DNA of 61,853 nucleotides, the filler included, from Platydemus manokwari (taxonomy: Eukaryota), in assembly GCA_037951405.1 (NCBI GenBank). It is 6 parts of 6 records of this genome, joined end to end, with 100 filler letters (N's around TTAATTAATTAA, not from the genome) between each part and the next. Parts side by side here need not be neighbours in the genome. Positions count along the whole stretch, not along the records: positions 9,876 to 19,640 come from JBBMOY011207765.1; positions 19,741 to 28,783 come from JBBMOY011308317.1; 4 more parts are not named here. One strand, written 5' to 3'. Under the pieces are notes generated by a model. It was not told the DNA's origin. It saw only the letters and a list, made by a program, of their open reading frames with translations, and ran no database searches. Every line of letters begins with the position of its first letter. The first letter of the stretch is position 1. Below, piece after piece: positions 13,828 to 27,740 of the stretch. A program made the position numbers and the translations under genes.

Positions 13828-14032
13828 TTATTCGTTATTTTCCACTATTTTCACGAATGATTTGAAATCTTCAGCTAACAACTCTGGCTCTTCAAGAGCC
13901 GCAAAATGGCCACCTCTGGGCATACGGGTAAATTGTCGTATATCTCGATATTTAATATTTGCTAAAGATTTTGGCACTAGTGCAATCTCATTTGGGAATG
14001 ATGCAATTCCAGTTGGTACACGGATGGGCAGT
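13828..14032 (-). CDS. EPHX1: Microsomal epoxide hydrolase (EPHX1/JHEH family), exon 6 (last)
   Basis: VPTGIASFPNE carries the acid Glu and MPRGGHFAALEEP the catalytic His; stop at 13828-13830. Acceptor CAG at 14035-14033 after a 49-nt phase-2 intron. Confidence 0.95.
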
Positions 14033-14081
14033 CTGATGAATAACAACACAGACATATGATAAAGACGAATAGCTTTTTTAC

Positions 14082-14319
14082 TTTAATATTTGTTGACTTT
14101 TCTCTCCAATAAATTCCTTATAAAGCATAACACTCGATGAAATGGAATTTGTAATATAATATATCATGACATTGGTCAACATTTCATCCATTGTAATCCT
14201 TGTGTTCTCCAGACCTCCATGAGGACTGGACAAATGATACGTTAAATTATTAGACCAAGCTCCAAATTTCTCAATAATATATGCTGCTAAACCGGAAGGA
14301 CTATCGGACAACGCAATGC
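14082..14319 (-). CDS. EPHX1: Microsomal epoxide hydrolase, exon 5
   Basis: IALSDSPSGLAAYIIEKF...DEMLTNVMIYY...SSVMLYKE, containing the second ring-opening Tyr; GT/AG boundaries with consistent phase. Confidence 0.95.
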
Positions 14320-14399
14320 CTGATAATATTGATTATGAAATTCATTCCATATAAATAATAATAATTATTATTAGTTCTGTTATTATTAATAGAATATGC

Positions 14400-14668
14400 G
14401 GTCAAACTCTTTAAATATCACCCCATCGAGTTCCAGAAAAACTTTAAATTCATCTAGTACCAGGATTGACTTTGAAGCAGTCAAAATTAGTTGAAATTAT
14501 ATTGAAATCTTTTGTACATCAAGCTGTATCTTGCTCATGAATTCACCCAATCAGATTTAACCACAATAATGATTAAAAATCGAAATAAATTATTAATAAT
14601 CTATTGTAATTGATAAATAGATCTTTGATTCGTGTTACTAAATGAGATGATATAAACCGAGTTTGACC
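14400..14668. mobile_element. pogo/Tigger-like MITE inside EPHX1 intron 4
   Basis: Terminal inverted repeats GGTCAAACTCTTTAAATATCACCCCA and GGTCAAACTCGGTTTATATCATCTCA (reverse complement of the right end) resemble pogo-type CAGTCAAACTCGG termini. Confidence 0.55.
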
Positions 14669-14709
14669 ATGTTATAGAGTAAATATGCATATCCACATCA
14701 CTTAATAAC

Positions 14710-14924
14710 CTATTGTAGCAGGTCTCGTAGCTTGTATCCAAAAGTAACCCATTTGGTTCACTATGTTCGACATTAATTGGCCAAAAGGATAAACCAAATG
14801 CATGTCTTGTTCATCAAGAAAATGGAATTTGGTGGGGAGAAATGAACCAATAAAAACCTTGATCAAGTATCGATAATCATTGAATGGTGATTCTGCCATA
14901 TTGACATGAATGCCAGCTATTTTT
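14710..14924 (-). CDS. EPHX1: Microsomal epoxide hydrolase, exon 4
   Basis: KIAGIHVNM...QMGYFWIQATRPATIG, containing the first ring-opening Tyr. Acceptor TTTTCAG ends at 14925; donor GT at 14709. Confidence 0.95.
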
Positions 14925-16178
14925 CTGAAAAGAATCAAATTAATGAGGATCGATTGAAGCATATATTTGTCTGTGTATAGAATCATTTGTAAACAAGACA
15001 TTTCCTTATCACACATCAACATACAATAAAATCTTAGATTTGAGATGGAGAATCTAAATACTGTTCTAATTATAAAGATTTATATTAAAATAATCGCAAC
15101 ATGGTTGAAAGAACCGCTGAAAATCATCATGTATGGCTTAGACATTGAGTACACCAGATATGAATGTCATGTCATGTCAAAAGGACTTCTATGTCCAAGG
15201 AATGTCGAATGAACACATAATTTATTCCAAACTAAATATGACAGGTTTTCGAGAGAAAATTAACTGCTCCGTCACCGTTGTTGTAGCACTATCCACTTCA
15301 GTCATTGATCGTTGAAACAAAAATTCGTCGATCATTACAAATCTTCAGAAGATCGATTTGTGTAAAAGAGCTAGTTGGATTCTGTTGTAAACAACATCTA
15401 GAAGATCCAATTTATTCAATAATGATTATATCATTCACGACAAACCTCATTAATATATCACCAAAATAAACTGCAATTTATCACTTTTTCTCTAACGACA
15501 AGCAATTCATGAAATATTCGATATAAATCATTTCAAAAATTATAGGAAATAAAATTTGGATCAAAATTCATATCAGACACACTATTAGAAATGAAGGTGA
15601 TAGAGTATCAGGAAGTTACCAGAATGAATGAAAATGAATTAAAGATATTCATATTAGTTGCCGTTGATAGTAGAATTCAAAACCAAAATATGAGCTTTAT
15701 AAAATTATTGTAATTTTAAAATTTAAAATAATCAATAACATTATTAATTTAAAATATTATCATCGACTAGAAACTAAAAAAACATTAAAAATCTCACAAT
15801 ATAAAATTTATTTAATATTGGCTAGATAAAGCAAATTTTGATATTATAGAAATGGAACATTATAATAAATTACCAGTAACTGGCTACATATGATTGGCTG
15901 ATAAAATTAAAATTGTGTGTTACAATTTTGTTTAACAAGTAGCGTTTATTTTGATTAGGAGAGAAATTTGTATTGAGCACAATATGGTTATCAAATAATG
16001 AAACAATAACCTGTTACATATAGTATGTTGAATTCATGATTGATACGAGAGGTGGTGAAAGGCGCCAATGAGATATTATGATATTTGTGTGAACAAGTTA
16101 TTTCATTCAAGTATATTATCAGACCGTTATAATAAATATTGGACAGAATAATATTCAACATACAATATCCAATCTTAC

Positions 16179-16479
16179 TCAGGATTCATTTTCGACATCG
16201 ATGAAGCAATTAGTGACCCATAATCACCTCCTTGAACATAAAATTTGGATGTGATGTTCAATCGATTCATCAATTTGAACATTGTGTTTGACATCTCTAC
16301 CATACCGAAACCAGGGTGCAAAGACCTATCGGACCAGCCATACCCCACAAGTGACGGACAGACAATTTCAAATGCATAGGAATCTTTAGTGGTTGATTGT
16401 AGCAAAGGTATGAATTTATAGAATTCGAAAAATGATCCTGGCCATCCATGAAGTAGTAAAACGGGTATTAATTTCTGAC
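16179..16479 (-). CDS. EPHX1: Microsomal epoxide hydrolase, exon 3
   Basis: PVLLLHGWPGSFFEFYKFIP (oxyanion motif), CPSLVGYGWS, YVQGGDYGS (nucleophile Asp). Acceptor TATAG ends at 16480; donor GTAAG at 16178. Confidence 0.96.
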
Positions 16480-18195
16480 CTATAGGAAAATAGCTTCATT
16501 AGGCATGTACAAATCATTGGTTAATATTTTATTATAATTATTGATATTAAGCGGGAACAAAATGTCTCGATAAAATTAGAATCAATTGTATGGATGATCC
16601 TTAGCGATCAAATCTCATTTCAAGTCCGTAATAACAAATCATTGATTTTCAAAGAATATAAATATATATTCCTCGATCAACTTTCATCATCAGGCTTCAC
16701 TACATTCGACATCTTTATCAAAACGAATGCCGTTGGAAATGTTTTATGAAGCAATAATTGATAGGTCGAGTTGTATTTGTTGTTGAAAGTCTGTTATAAA
16801 CAATGTGAATATATTGATTTATTGATTATTATCATTGCTTTAGGTGTAAAATGTTTATCTGAACTTATTGAATACATATTGTCGTGATATTTATTGACGC
16901 TTTATTTATCTGATCATATTCGGATTTGAGAGTTTATACGATAAGTACGAGATAATATCAATTATAAATAATAATAATAATCAATAATAAATGGAATATT
17001 CAATAATAATCTTAATCAATTTTATAATGTAACCCAGATTTTTTGATGGGATTTCAATTGTATTTTGGTCACAAGTTCTATTCTGTGTACTGTTGAATTA
17101 GATTATGGAAATGTCGCCACCATTAATCGGATTATTTCTCCCAGAAAAATTCTAGTCCAAAAACGAGACAAGCGAGTAACGTCGGTTTTATTTCAAAAGA
17201 ATGAGTAATTTGTTAACCCAGATTTACACGCATACTCCTTGACAACGATGATTTGGTATCCATAACAACAGAATCAATGCTATCAATTAAAGTAGCCCTA
17301 AACATTTTCAGTGTCAATGTTTTTGTCTTATTTTTTATTTTATTTCTGGTTTTGACAGCCATATTTATACTATCTCTTCGAAATATTGATCTTAGTGTGC
17401 CAAATTGAGATTGATCACAACAACATTTAAGAGCCAATATATGATGATATTTCGATATAATATCATTTGATGAATCTAATTCTCATTTAAATGACCTTTG
17501 TAAATATTCTTATTCCCAGTTTACATTTTCAATACATTCATGGCTTTAACTGTTATTCTGCTTAATCGAACTTTTGGTTCACAGAGAATTCCCCCACTTA
17601 CTGAGTGCAATTTACAGGTATTCAAGGAAAACATAAATATAAAGATATTTATAAATGCTGATACCCCCCCCCGGTACAATTCAACACATTACAATGCTAT
17701 ATTTACCAGAATAGCTCATTTCTCCCACATAAGCTTATTTCAATAACACTCCACATAACACAAGAAACATCAATCAATAATAATCAATAATTAATCAATT
17801 ATAAAATAATCAATCGAGATAAATATTGATTATAATTAAAATGATTCTCAAAATATGCACAAAAGCTACTTGTGATTGATTAATGAGTACCATTTAAAGT
17901 TAAATAATTCTTAATTGATGTCATAGAAATGTGAAGATATTTCTGATAATGATATCGATATTACAGCATTATTCCATTTACATAAGCAGTTAAAAGTTTT
18001 CCGAGCATTGTTGTGTGCATTTATCTGTGCTACAGTGACGATAACTCAACTTCAACACACACACACACCTCACACACCATTAAAACATCAGCAACTCAGA
18101 CTTGATGTACCTCACATCGTTTGTTGCATAAACACGATTCACAAATATCGATTTTTTTCAACCCATATAAGTCCAGATATAAATATTTAAAAAAC

Positions 18196-18442
18196 CTTTA
18201 ATCAGTTGCGGTTTGATGTGAATAAAATGTATCTGCAGTCCGTTAATAGTTGTAAAGCGATGTGGGAACATATTGATAACATCCTCCCATTTCCGCCACT
18301 GATACGTGTTTAACCAATAATTTACTACCAAATTCAAATAATCCCCATTGAAACCATTGGAAAAATTGGAGTTCGGCATCGTTACAGGTGGATTTCGATT
18401 TTTGAGCCGTTCAGTCAAAGTTAACAAGGTAGAATTTGGAAC
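18196..18442 (-). CDS. EPHX1: Microsomal epoxide hydrolase, exon 2
   Basis: EHN-domain sequence FSNGFNGDYLNLVVNYWLNTYQWRKWEDVINMFPHRFTTINGLQIHFIHIKP; phase-1 donor at 18195. Confidence 0.93.
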
Positions 18443-18487
18443 CTTGGAGGAGTGTATTTCATTATTTAATGATAATAAGTAGAATAC

Positions 18488-18667
18488 CTTTATAATTATC
18501 TCGTTGATATCTGTTTTGGTATTGTCTCGTTCTCCCCACTGATCAGACGTTTTAATGTCGGGAAGATCTGATAAGAAGAGATCCCCAAGCTTATCATTAT
18601 GTAGCAATAATCCAAAAAATAAAATAAAAATTGGAACAGCGCAAAAAAAACATTTCAAAGATGCCAT
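18488..18667 (-). CDS. EPHX1: Microsomal epoxide hydrolase, exon 1 (N-terminal membrane anchor)
   Basis: ATG at 18667, hydrophobic anchor CFFCAVPIFILFFGLLL, and the WG motif. The six exons sum to 1386 nt = 461 aa + stop, a typical mEH length. Confidence 0.9.
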
Positions 18668-19640
18668 ATCAATTAATTTAAAGTTACTAAATCAAATTCG
18701 AATTAATACCAAATACTTTTTAATTTATATGATATAATAAAACAAGAGAGTTAAAACATCTTTATTTCTGTCTTCAAAAAATGTTTATAAATGGCATGTG
18801 GTAAAGGAACTGAAAATATTGTTATTAAAAACCGTAGTTGACAATATTGAAATCTAGCAGCATTGGAATTCAAATATTATTAAAATAAATCAACAAGCAA
18901 AACATATTTAATGAAAAAATATTATTAACTTTGTTTACAATACGTCAGACATCATAAAATATAAAACTATCTCCGCATATTTACTACTTTCTAACACTAC
19001 CCAGCTGATAGGCAACAACAATAACAGTTTCCCTAGGTGGTCTAAGATTGTTTTAAATATTTAATTAAACTGCCCGTTTTTGAGGTATTTAAATCCATGT
19101 TTCCATTGTATTACCTCGTTTCGAAATTTAGCTACATGGGTTTTCTATTATTTAGTTATATAATGATAATCAGCATCAGTTTTTGATCAACAACGACTGT
19201 CATACGTCTCGGGTTTAATCAATCAATATTAATGGAATTTATCTTTGTCGTCAGAGAATTATCTACTTCATGGCATGTTTATAAACCGTTCATTCATGTC
19301 AAGAATTTAATTATAAGAATCTCAAAAGGGGTATCGTAATATGTTGCTCATTACATTTTCTAGCAACGTCATTATCTAGCTTTAGTATTCGTAGGAACCA
19401 CACGAAATTAAAGGGGTAACATTTTTCTTATGATAATGTTAAAATGTTCTTGTTAATTGTTTTCTTATTTTTCTTCTTAAATTCTATTTTTCTCTAATTT
19501 TTTACAAATTTTAAAATATTATTTGTATATTTACTGTCGTTTATAATATCATCCATATTCATTATTATTATAATTCTTAAAAGATAATCATATTACCTTC
19601 GTCAATAATTATTTCATTACTTTTTATAATACGGTATCTT

Positions 19641-19740
19641 NNNNNNNNNNNNNNNNNNNNNNNNNNNNNNNNNNNNNNNNNNNNTTAATTAATTAANNNN
19701 NNNNNNNNNNNNNNNNNNNNNNNNNNNNNNNNNNNNNNNN
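19641..19740. other. Artificial assembly spacer (44 N + TTAATTAATTAA + 44 N)
   Basis: Same 100-bp structure as the other spacers. Confidence 0.97.
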
Positions 19741-20049
19741 TTATGAATAGAGCTTCAAAATGACGTGTATGTTAATGATTTGCTACAGCACACACACAAG
19801 TGTTTACATCTGGTGTCGAATTCCGGTTATTAAGTTATAGACCCAATATTTTAATATCTATATTTCTGATTAAGATTGACAATAATTGAATGTCTATTGG
19901 AAATATTTTAATTTGTTTTAAAAAGTTTTAATAATACATCTTTAAGAAAAGTTCTCATTTATTAATTATGACGATTTTCAAAATTTAATTGAGGTGGCTG
20001 CTAGTAATAAGGTTATCAGGTACAGGGTTGTGATTCTGAGCAGACTTGT

Positions 20050-20690
20050 GCCTGAGAAATACAGACTAGAAAAATAACCAATGAGAACTATAATTGGTTT
20101 TGCCCCACTGTACCAGAATATGATCTCTTAATTTGAAGCAGTTTCAGACGATATTGAAGATAATGACGAAAGACTACAAAAAGCATTTGGTTACAAAGAT
20201 TATTGACTAACATTGATTAAGAGCTCTTGAATACCGAAAGGATTCTGAATCTGCAGAAATGTTCTTCCATGAGAGGATGCAGAATAAGAGAAAGAAATCT
20301 AGATGCAGGACATCAATGAATTATCAAAGATATAAAATGATGATTAAAAAGCTTGTTGAAGTAAGAGAAATGACAAATGTAAACCCTGTTTTAATCCAAT
20401 GAATTGCTACAACTGTAACAAGCCAGATCAAGTATCACGAAATTTTAATATTTCAAAGGTTATAACATGTCATGTCTGTGATGAAAGAGGTTATGTAGCA
20501 GAAATTGTTCGAATTAAAACAGTTGTAATAAATATAAATATCGAGTATATCGCGACAAAGAATACTATGCCAATTTGGAAAAACAGACTCTCCCAGCAGA
20601 AACAGCAAGGACCCACCCAATACAGGCATGTCAATGGTGTTGGAAATTCCAGTAGCAATGATAGAAACTACAAAAAACGATTCTAAAATG
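20050..20690 (+). mobile_element. Decayed LTR-retrotransposon gag relic with two degenerate CCHC zinc knuckles
   Basis: CYNCNKPDQVSRNF and CHVCDERGYVAEI are CX2CX4HX4C knuckles with the His and last Cys lost. The upstream sequence is A-rich, coding-like and broken by stops. Confidence 0.55.
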
Positions 20691-21922
20691 TTGCGAAAAT
20701 GTCGAATTATACAAAAATAACAGCAATGTACTAAGAAACCGTTAAATTAGATAATGAAAGCTGCATTGAATATCCAAACATTAAAGCTTTGACCTCGGGA
20801 GAGTGGATCGAAGCAATGCAACTATGCGATGAAGTCGATTTTAATCAGAATAGGGTTAACATAATTAATCATTGTAGTTTTTATAATATGAGTAAAGCGT
20901 ACAATGTGTTTTAATAATACATTTTTCGAAATACTTCTCAATAACTGATTATAAAATCTTTTAAATTTAAATGAAGGAGCTACTACTAACAAATTTGAAC
21001 CATTTTTTGGTTTTTTTTTTACAAAATCTTTTTAATTCCTGTGTTCTGATAATATTAAATTTAGGGTATGCGTGAATTAAATCTCGTTGAATAAAACTAT
21101 CAACAGCTTTTTAAAATTTAATAAAGCTTATATAGTGAATTATTTTTGTTACTTTATTTTTTCATTATTTTCGAGATTAACTTAACTCATGCGTCTTAAG
21201 TTCAATTAGTCTAATTGTTGTTGGCTCCCAACATTTTAATCCAACCTGGGTTCATTCTTGAATTATCCGTATTTTAATTTCTACAATGACAATTTAAACT
21301 TCTAAATTTAAGTTATAATTTATATTTTCTCGTTAATTAAATTTTAAAGAGACATTTCCTGATTTGAAATCTTTTTCTTAAATGTTAAGAATAGTTAGTT
21401 ACCTTTTAAGAAAAGACATTTAAATCCATGCTTAAAATATTTACAATTAATATTAAAAAATCTGAAGTTTGTTATGTAATTTTTTGTACTTTGTATTTCT
21501 CATTGATAGAAAGAATATTTATAACAAAATCTATCAAAAAAAATTATTAATGAAAACTATACATTACTCAGATAGTTTGATTAGCTAACTATGATATTAA
21601 CTTAAAGCTATGAAAATTAAAGAAGACATACATTTAAAATAAAACCATACTAAATAAAGTTTTAGTTCTCACTAATTTTTTGTAGTAAGTTCTTTTACAA
21701 ACCTAAATTATTTGAAAATGAAATTATTTTTTTAAAAGTACATTAAAAAAATAAGTATATCTGAAATTATTGTCCATTCTAGTAAATTGTATAGAAATTT
21801 GTAAGCGAACCCCCCAAATTAATTAAACAATTTTATACAATAAAACTGTAGTGTTTGTTTATCTGTATAATAGTAAAGTTTATATTTTAAATTTTTTGAA
21901 AATCGGAACTTTATGCATAATT

Positions 21923-22652
21923 ATGTCATCTGGAGTAACAAGTAGATTGGAATCCAAACGACAAACAATTGAAGATGCCTATTCACCTCCTGCGAATTTT
22001 CTCGAAATAGATGTCTGCAATTCACAAACTCATGGAACAGGCAAGGGAAGATACACAGATTACGAAGTTCGCTTGTCGGTAAGAATTCATAATATCAAGT
22101 AATAAATTAATTTTTAATTTCCCAGACAAATCTTCCTGTTTTCAAACTTAAAAAATCATCTGTAAGGAGACGATATAGTGATTTCGAATGGTTAAGATTG
22201 GAATTAGAAAGAGACAGCAAAGTAATTTATGAAATCAAATAATTTGTTTTAAAGTTCTATTGATTTTCAGATAATTGTTCCAAATTTACCAAGCAAGGCT
22301 TGGGCACGTCAACTTCCATTCCGTGGTGATGAGGGTATTTTTGATGATGATTTCATCGAAGATAGAAGAAAGGGATTGGAAGATTTTATTAATAAGTAAT
22401 ATTTCAATGAATGTCGTAAAAATATTGATAATTACTAAGTTTGGTGTTACATGATGTTTTATTATTAAATAATTAATTAAATTAATAATAAATAATTGAT
22501 TTATTAATATCGCTTAGGAATTTAATTAAATTTAATTATTATCCAGGGTTGCAGGACATCCTTTAGCTCAGAATGAGAAATGTCTTCACATATTTCTCCA
22601 GAGTGAGGAAATTGATAGAGATTACGTTCCAGGAAAAGTGAAAAATTCCTAA
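21923..22652 (+). CDS. SNX3: Sorting nexin 3/12 (PX-only SNX), 4 exons: 21923-22078, 22126-22221, 22271-22395, 22547-22652; 160 aa
   Basis: Spliced product [33 protein letters not shown]...YTDYEVRLS|[31 protein letters not shown]|[42 protein letters not shown]|[18 protein letters not shown]...YVPGKVKNS*. All introns are GT-AG (47, 49 and 151 nt); total 483 nt. Confidence 0.97.
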
Positions 22653-24283
22653 TAAGTTGAATTATATCAGAAAGATCGATTATCCTAGATTAATACTTTG
22701 GGCATTACTTTTGATTTATCAATTGTTTCTTGATTTGTGCGTCTGTGTGTACAAATAAATGGACAAAGATATTTTATTATCGTTATCTGAACTCTGATTG
22801 ATTGTTTTCTAATTGTGTGATTGTGTGTATTTTTCAAGTGAGTTAGTGGAATGGAATCTCTGATTCATTGTTCCTATTGGTCAATTGATTATCTACAGTC
22901 GATCGATAATAATCAATTTGTTGTTGTACAAAGTACAACAATTATGGAAATTTTCACAATGATTACGTAAATAATGATTTATTGATTTTTAATGATCAAA
23001 TTTCCATAAATCTTATTTGCCATGACAATACACAAGTCTCATCGAATTATCTAGATGAATAATTAACGATTTGGTAGTTTTGTAAATTGATCATTGAATA
23101 GACTTGCGATATTAATACAGAAATAAACTATGTCAATGTGTAAAATTTTTGATCAAACTTTACGGTTTTAATGGTCTACAATCATTATGAGAAAGCATTT
23201 TGAGCACCCTGACGGTTGGATATTAGATGGAATATCATAAAGATGTTTTATAATCAATTGATTCAAGGTAATTTCGTGTTGAATTCGAATAAAATGATAG
23301 AAAATGAACTCGAAAAAGGAAATTTTATCTAAAGGTTTTGATGTTTTTAATCACCAATCGTACATCTTTCAGCGGACATCTTATTTTCATCCAATTTTGC
23401 CGTGTCAATGTCTTCTATTCATCAGTTGAAATATGAAAATAAATATCTTTCGAACTGGATGTAATGTTAATATAATATTTACAAATGACAGATGATTGTT
23501 GTTTCAAATCATTATCTAATAATGATATCATTTTGATATTAGAATGATAATGTGACCTATATTTTGTATCATATTGATTTATAGAGGAAATACAGACATA
23601 ATTCCATCTAGAATAAAACTTGGAATGTTAAATAGGAAATACAATAAACTTAAAACGAAACAAAATTAATATGAAATAAAGTACTATTATTGACATCACG
23701 TATATTCGTTACAAATAAATAAATCAATCATATTGGGTTACTATAACAACGCCCAATGTTACCATGACAATTCAAAAAAATAACATGACAAATAAAAGCA
23801 AGCACATGTTAACGCAACAAACCAATTACAACATTTAATCAATAACAACATAGATCAATACCATGTAAACAATAACGCAAATTTGGATTAACTCAGAAAA
23901 TTAAAAGCATAGAAATGATTGAGTTCGACTTAGAAATTATTTTCCAACTCTCAAGCAGTGAGAATTAAAATCGAACACTGATAGAATTCATAGATTTGAG
24001 ACAAGTATCATCGCAAATACAGATTATATGTAAATTCTTGTTGCTTAATTTATCAGCATTATCTGCAAGGAAATTCTTTCTTATGAATTAGCCCGCCAAA
24101 GTTCATGTTAAACATTTAACATTTTTAATAAAATCAAATCTCATTGACCTTATTTTTTCTCGAGATTTGGAAGGCATTAGTTCTCATCACTGGCTTTTAA
24201 TCACCTTCAAGGCGCAACAGCTGAATACAACTATTTCACATTTTATTAATACTTATTTTGAATGAGATGAAAAAAACAGATTT

Positions 24284-24558
24284 ACACCTTAGAATCCTTG
24301 TTTAAGCACTTTAAACATTTGTATATACCAACCAACCAATTGCAAGGGAGTGAGATTGTAAACGGTGATTGGAAAAAGGGGAATAGTTACAAAAACGCAC
24401 ATATGGATTGGCCAATCTCACTCACGCAAAAAACTCAAAAGGAACATGGAAAAAGCAAAGATCGAATCATATGCAATACAACATGACACAAAGAATTACA
24501 CATTGATCGCGAATTTAATTATAGATGTAAAAATGGCAAACTGCCAGTTGGAAGTCAG
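24284..24558 (+). mobile_element. Penelope-like element 3' end/pseudo-LTR, copy 1
   Basis: Shares gaatccttgtttaagcactttaaaca...aaagcaaagatcgaa...acaacatgacacaa..aattacac...gatgtaaa.atgg..aactgccagttggaa with 41761-42053 and 46148-46500. The repeat itself is clear; the family assignment is inferred. Confidence 0.55.
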
Positions 24559-27280
24559 ATTTTGTTCATATATTGAGAAATATGTTGACTGCATATATTT
24601 TATAAGTCGTACTGACTAGTTGAAAATAAAGTCATCCTTCTAGTTTTTGTAGTCAGAGATTAGTCGAATTGTTCAGAAGTATTCTAACACTTATGTCATT
24701 ATGATTTATAATATATTTTTCAGTATCACGTTCTTTTGATCATCACAACTAGAAGTACGTAACATACGACTTATTCACTGCTAAGTGACATGCATTTGGA
24801 GGGATTATTTCAACGGTTTCTATCAGTTTTTAGCTGCATCATAGACCAACAATTTATTGTGGTTAATTTGAGTTACACAATAAAGTATTTATTGTGATAA
24901 ATTGATAAACATGCAAAATATACATCATAATATATGAACAAACAAACATATTCTATTGTTTATTAATTCGGTAAGTCTGAATCATATTGAAATGTTTGAT
25001 AATGTTAATAATAAATTGATATCAAATCAATTATATTGTTCTATCGTAACACTGTTAATCATCTCTTCTTTGAATGTGGAGATTCTCGCAGGGATGATTT
25101 TTAATTTCGGTTATTTTCAATTACATGATCTTCGCTGGAGTAGACCTCCAAAATATAGAATTCAATAGAGAATATAAATAATATTTAGATAATTTCAGAT
25201 AACGAATATAGAAAATAAATAAAGATAAGAATATGTGAGGATTTTAAAGTCAATTAATATTTAAATGACCATTTTTAATAGAAAATATATTGATTTGTAA
25301 AATATAAATAATCGATTCAATATATTTGTAGATTAAATATACTCTTGTTGTTAGAAAGTCTAAGATTCGTTCTTAATTCGTATTTTATGAATTAATAGCT
25401 GCTAACAAATCATATTGCAAATGAAATGATATTATTATTTTTACTCAAAATATTGGTCATTATCTGAAATTGTTAAAAGCATATCTTTTCTGAACTGTTC
25501 AATCTGTTGATGCTCATGAGTGTGCTTTATTTGCCGAGCTTTATGTAAAAATTGAGATAATATTTCTAGAGTTACTAATATGATCTTTGTATTCTCCATC
25601 TCAGTAATTCACCAGATAAGTAATTCCTTCAGATAAGCAGATTTTTTATTTTCATGTTTGCTGATCAGCAAAATATTACGTATATGCACATATATTTACC
25701 AATAAGTATAAGATCGGTTAGCATAAGATGGAATATTAAATGAATTTCGATAATCATGCTACTAATCTATTTGATGGACTTGTAAGGATGAAATTATATA
25801 TTATGGGAACAATTTGAGATAAGTGACAAATAATATGATATTTAAAGCAAACATATATTTACATTTATCATGTTACTCAGTCATGATAATTCCATCATTC
25901 TCATAATTAATCACCATACAAAGTAACTTGAAAAGTAGACATGGGGTTACACAAATATAAACTGGATATGGGTCTTGTGATTATTAAAAAGTTGATATTT
26001 TCTTCTAATTAGATATTATTCCTGCATACTCAGTATAGAAAGAAAACCATTAAATCTTCAGTTCTAAGGGATCATGCCACTACGCAACTGCAGACCTAGT
26101 TCACCATTTGGTTACTTTCTATTATTATAAATAATATAAAAAATATTGATAGAAATAATCAAAAACAATGTTTGAAAATATGTTCCTAATACAAATCATG
26201 GGATAATTATTATTAATGGTTTTCCGAAATGATACAGATTACACTAGTTCGTGATTATGTAGGTTAATATTTTATTTGTCGCAATCAACAGAGCATACTA
26301 TTTGTTAGGCAAGTTAAAAGGAAAGCTTTTAATATAATATTTATTTCAATGTTTGTTTTACCGTCTCTTCAATTTAGAAATCGCGATATTTTTTAAACGC
26401 TATAAAAGATTTAAGAACTTAAATAGTTTTCATAATCATTGGAACAAGAGATAAAATCTGCCTTTAGGTTGCAATATTCGATTTGACCGGCCTCCGCAAG
26501 ATCATTGTGACTAATCTATGACAGAGTCTTCTTTATAAGTTCTTCCATTCAGAATGTTTTGGTCTTTGATTCAATAAAATCAATAAACTATTCTACGATT
26601 TTCATTTAATTTCATTCGACAATAGCATGACGCTATTCTTTGAATTCGCCTATGAATCACTCAACAACCAGTCCAATATTTCATTATTTGATAAATTATG
26701 GTGTTAGAATTCGCGAACGAACATAGGAATATATTTACACTTATTTTAGGTTCACGCCTTATGTGATTTATTATTAATGATTTACACCACTATTGTCTTA
26801 ATCAGTCTCAAATGGTTCTTTGCTATAAATATCGTTTGCTTCGCCTCGCACTCAATCTATAGTTTGAAAGTTATGATGGTGACAATAGTAGTATTGGTCG
26901 TCGAAATCTATCTCTATAATGATTGCCTCTGTCTTTTCAAGGATTTTTTCATATTATTTAACTTTTTAAAATTTTGATTGCAGCAATAAATACTAAAATT
27001 ACTATAAAATGATGTGAATGCACAATTAATCGTTATCACCTAAAAATTCTATAAATGACAAGATCCTAAATAATGATGAGCCAATCAAAATCGACTTCAA
27101 ACAAAAAATGGATTAATGAAATAATGATAATAAAGCAATGGTAAAATGATTTTACAATCACTATATTGTAAATGTTTTCGAAAGTTATGCCTCTCCGTGA
27201 TAATGAGGTGAGATCGTTAATTCAAGATGCCAATTAATAGGATATGTTAGGATATTAATCAATAATTTAGATCTGAAAAC

Positions 27281-27740
27281 TGTATTACTCAAGGTATCAC
27301 AACCGAAATCTTGATAACTACAAGTAAAACCTTTTACAACTTACAATGGTAAATCACTCAATACGGGATCAGCATCCAAAAGTCAAAAACAGAATAAAAG
27401 TAACCAAAAAGACTTATTACTAAAAATCACACAACGATAATCTTAACACGTGAGTTACCAGTCAAAAAGACTAGCAAATATTCATGGAACTTAACCTCTT
27501 TTATAGACCTATTGGCTGTGTCTGTTTGATGTCACGAATCTTCGTTTTCCATTTGCTGAATCTGTTCGTGAATCGATCTTCTATATATTTTACTCACATC
27601 CTTTTTGCCATTGGCGAATATTTGAGCTTGCTGCCAACTGTAAGTATGTGCCCGTAGATTCTTAGCGTCTAACTATGGATTAATATTATAACGAATCTAA
27701 TTGGTTGACGCCATATGTGCTTATCGGGTTTGTGTGTAAC
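27281..27740 (-). mobile_element. Possible solo LTR
   Basis: A ~460-bp less-AT-rich block with TGT...TAAC-type ends and CCAAT plus TATAAAAG on the minus strand; no convincing TSD. Confidence 0.25.

Noticed and set aside
13862-14059. + strand ORF (also 18555-18737)
   Set aside because: Antisense shadows of EPHX1 exons.
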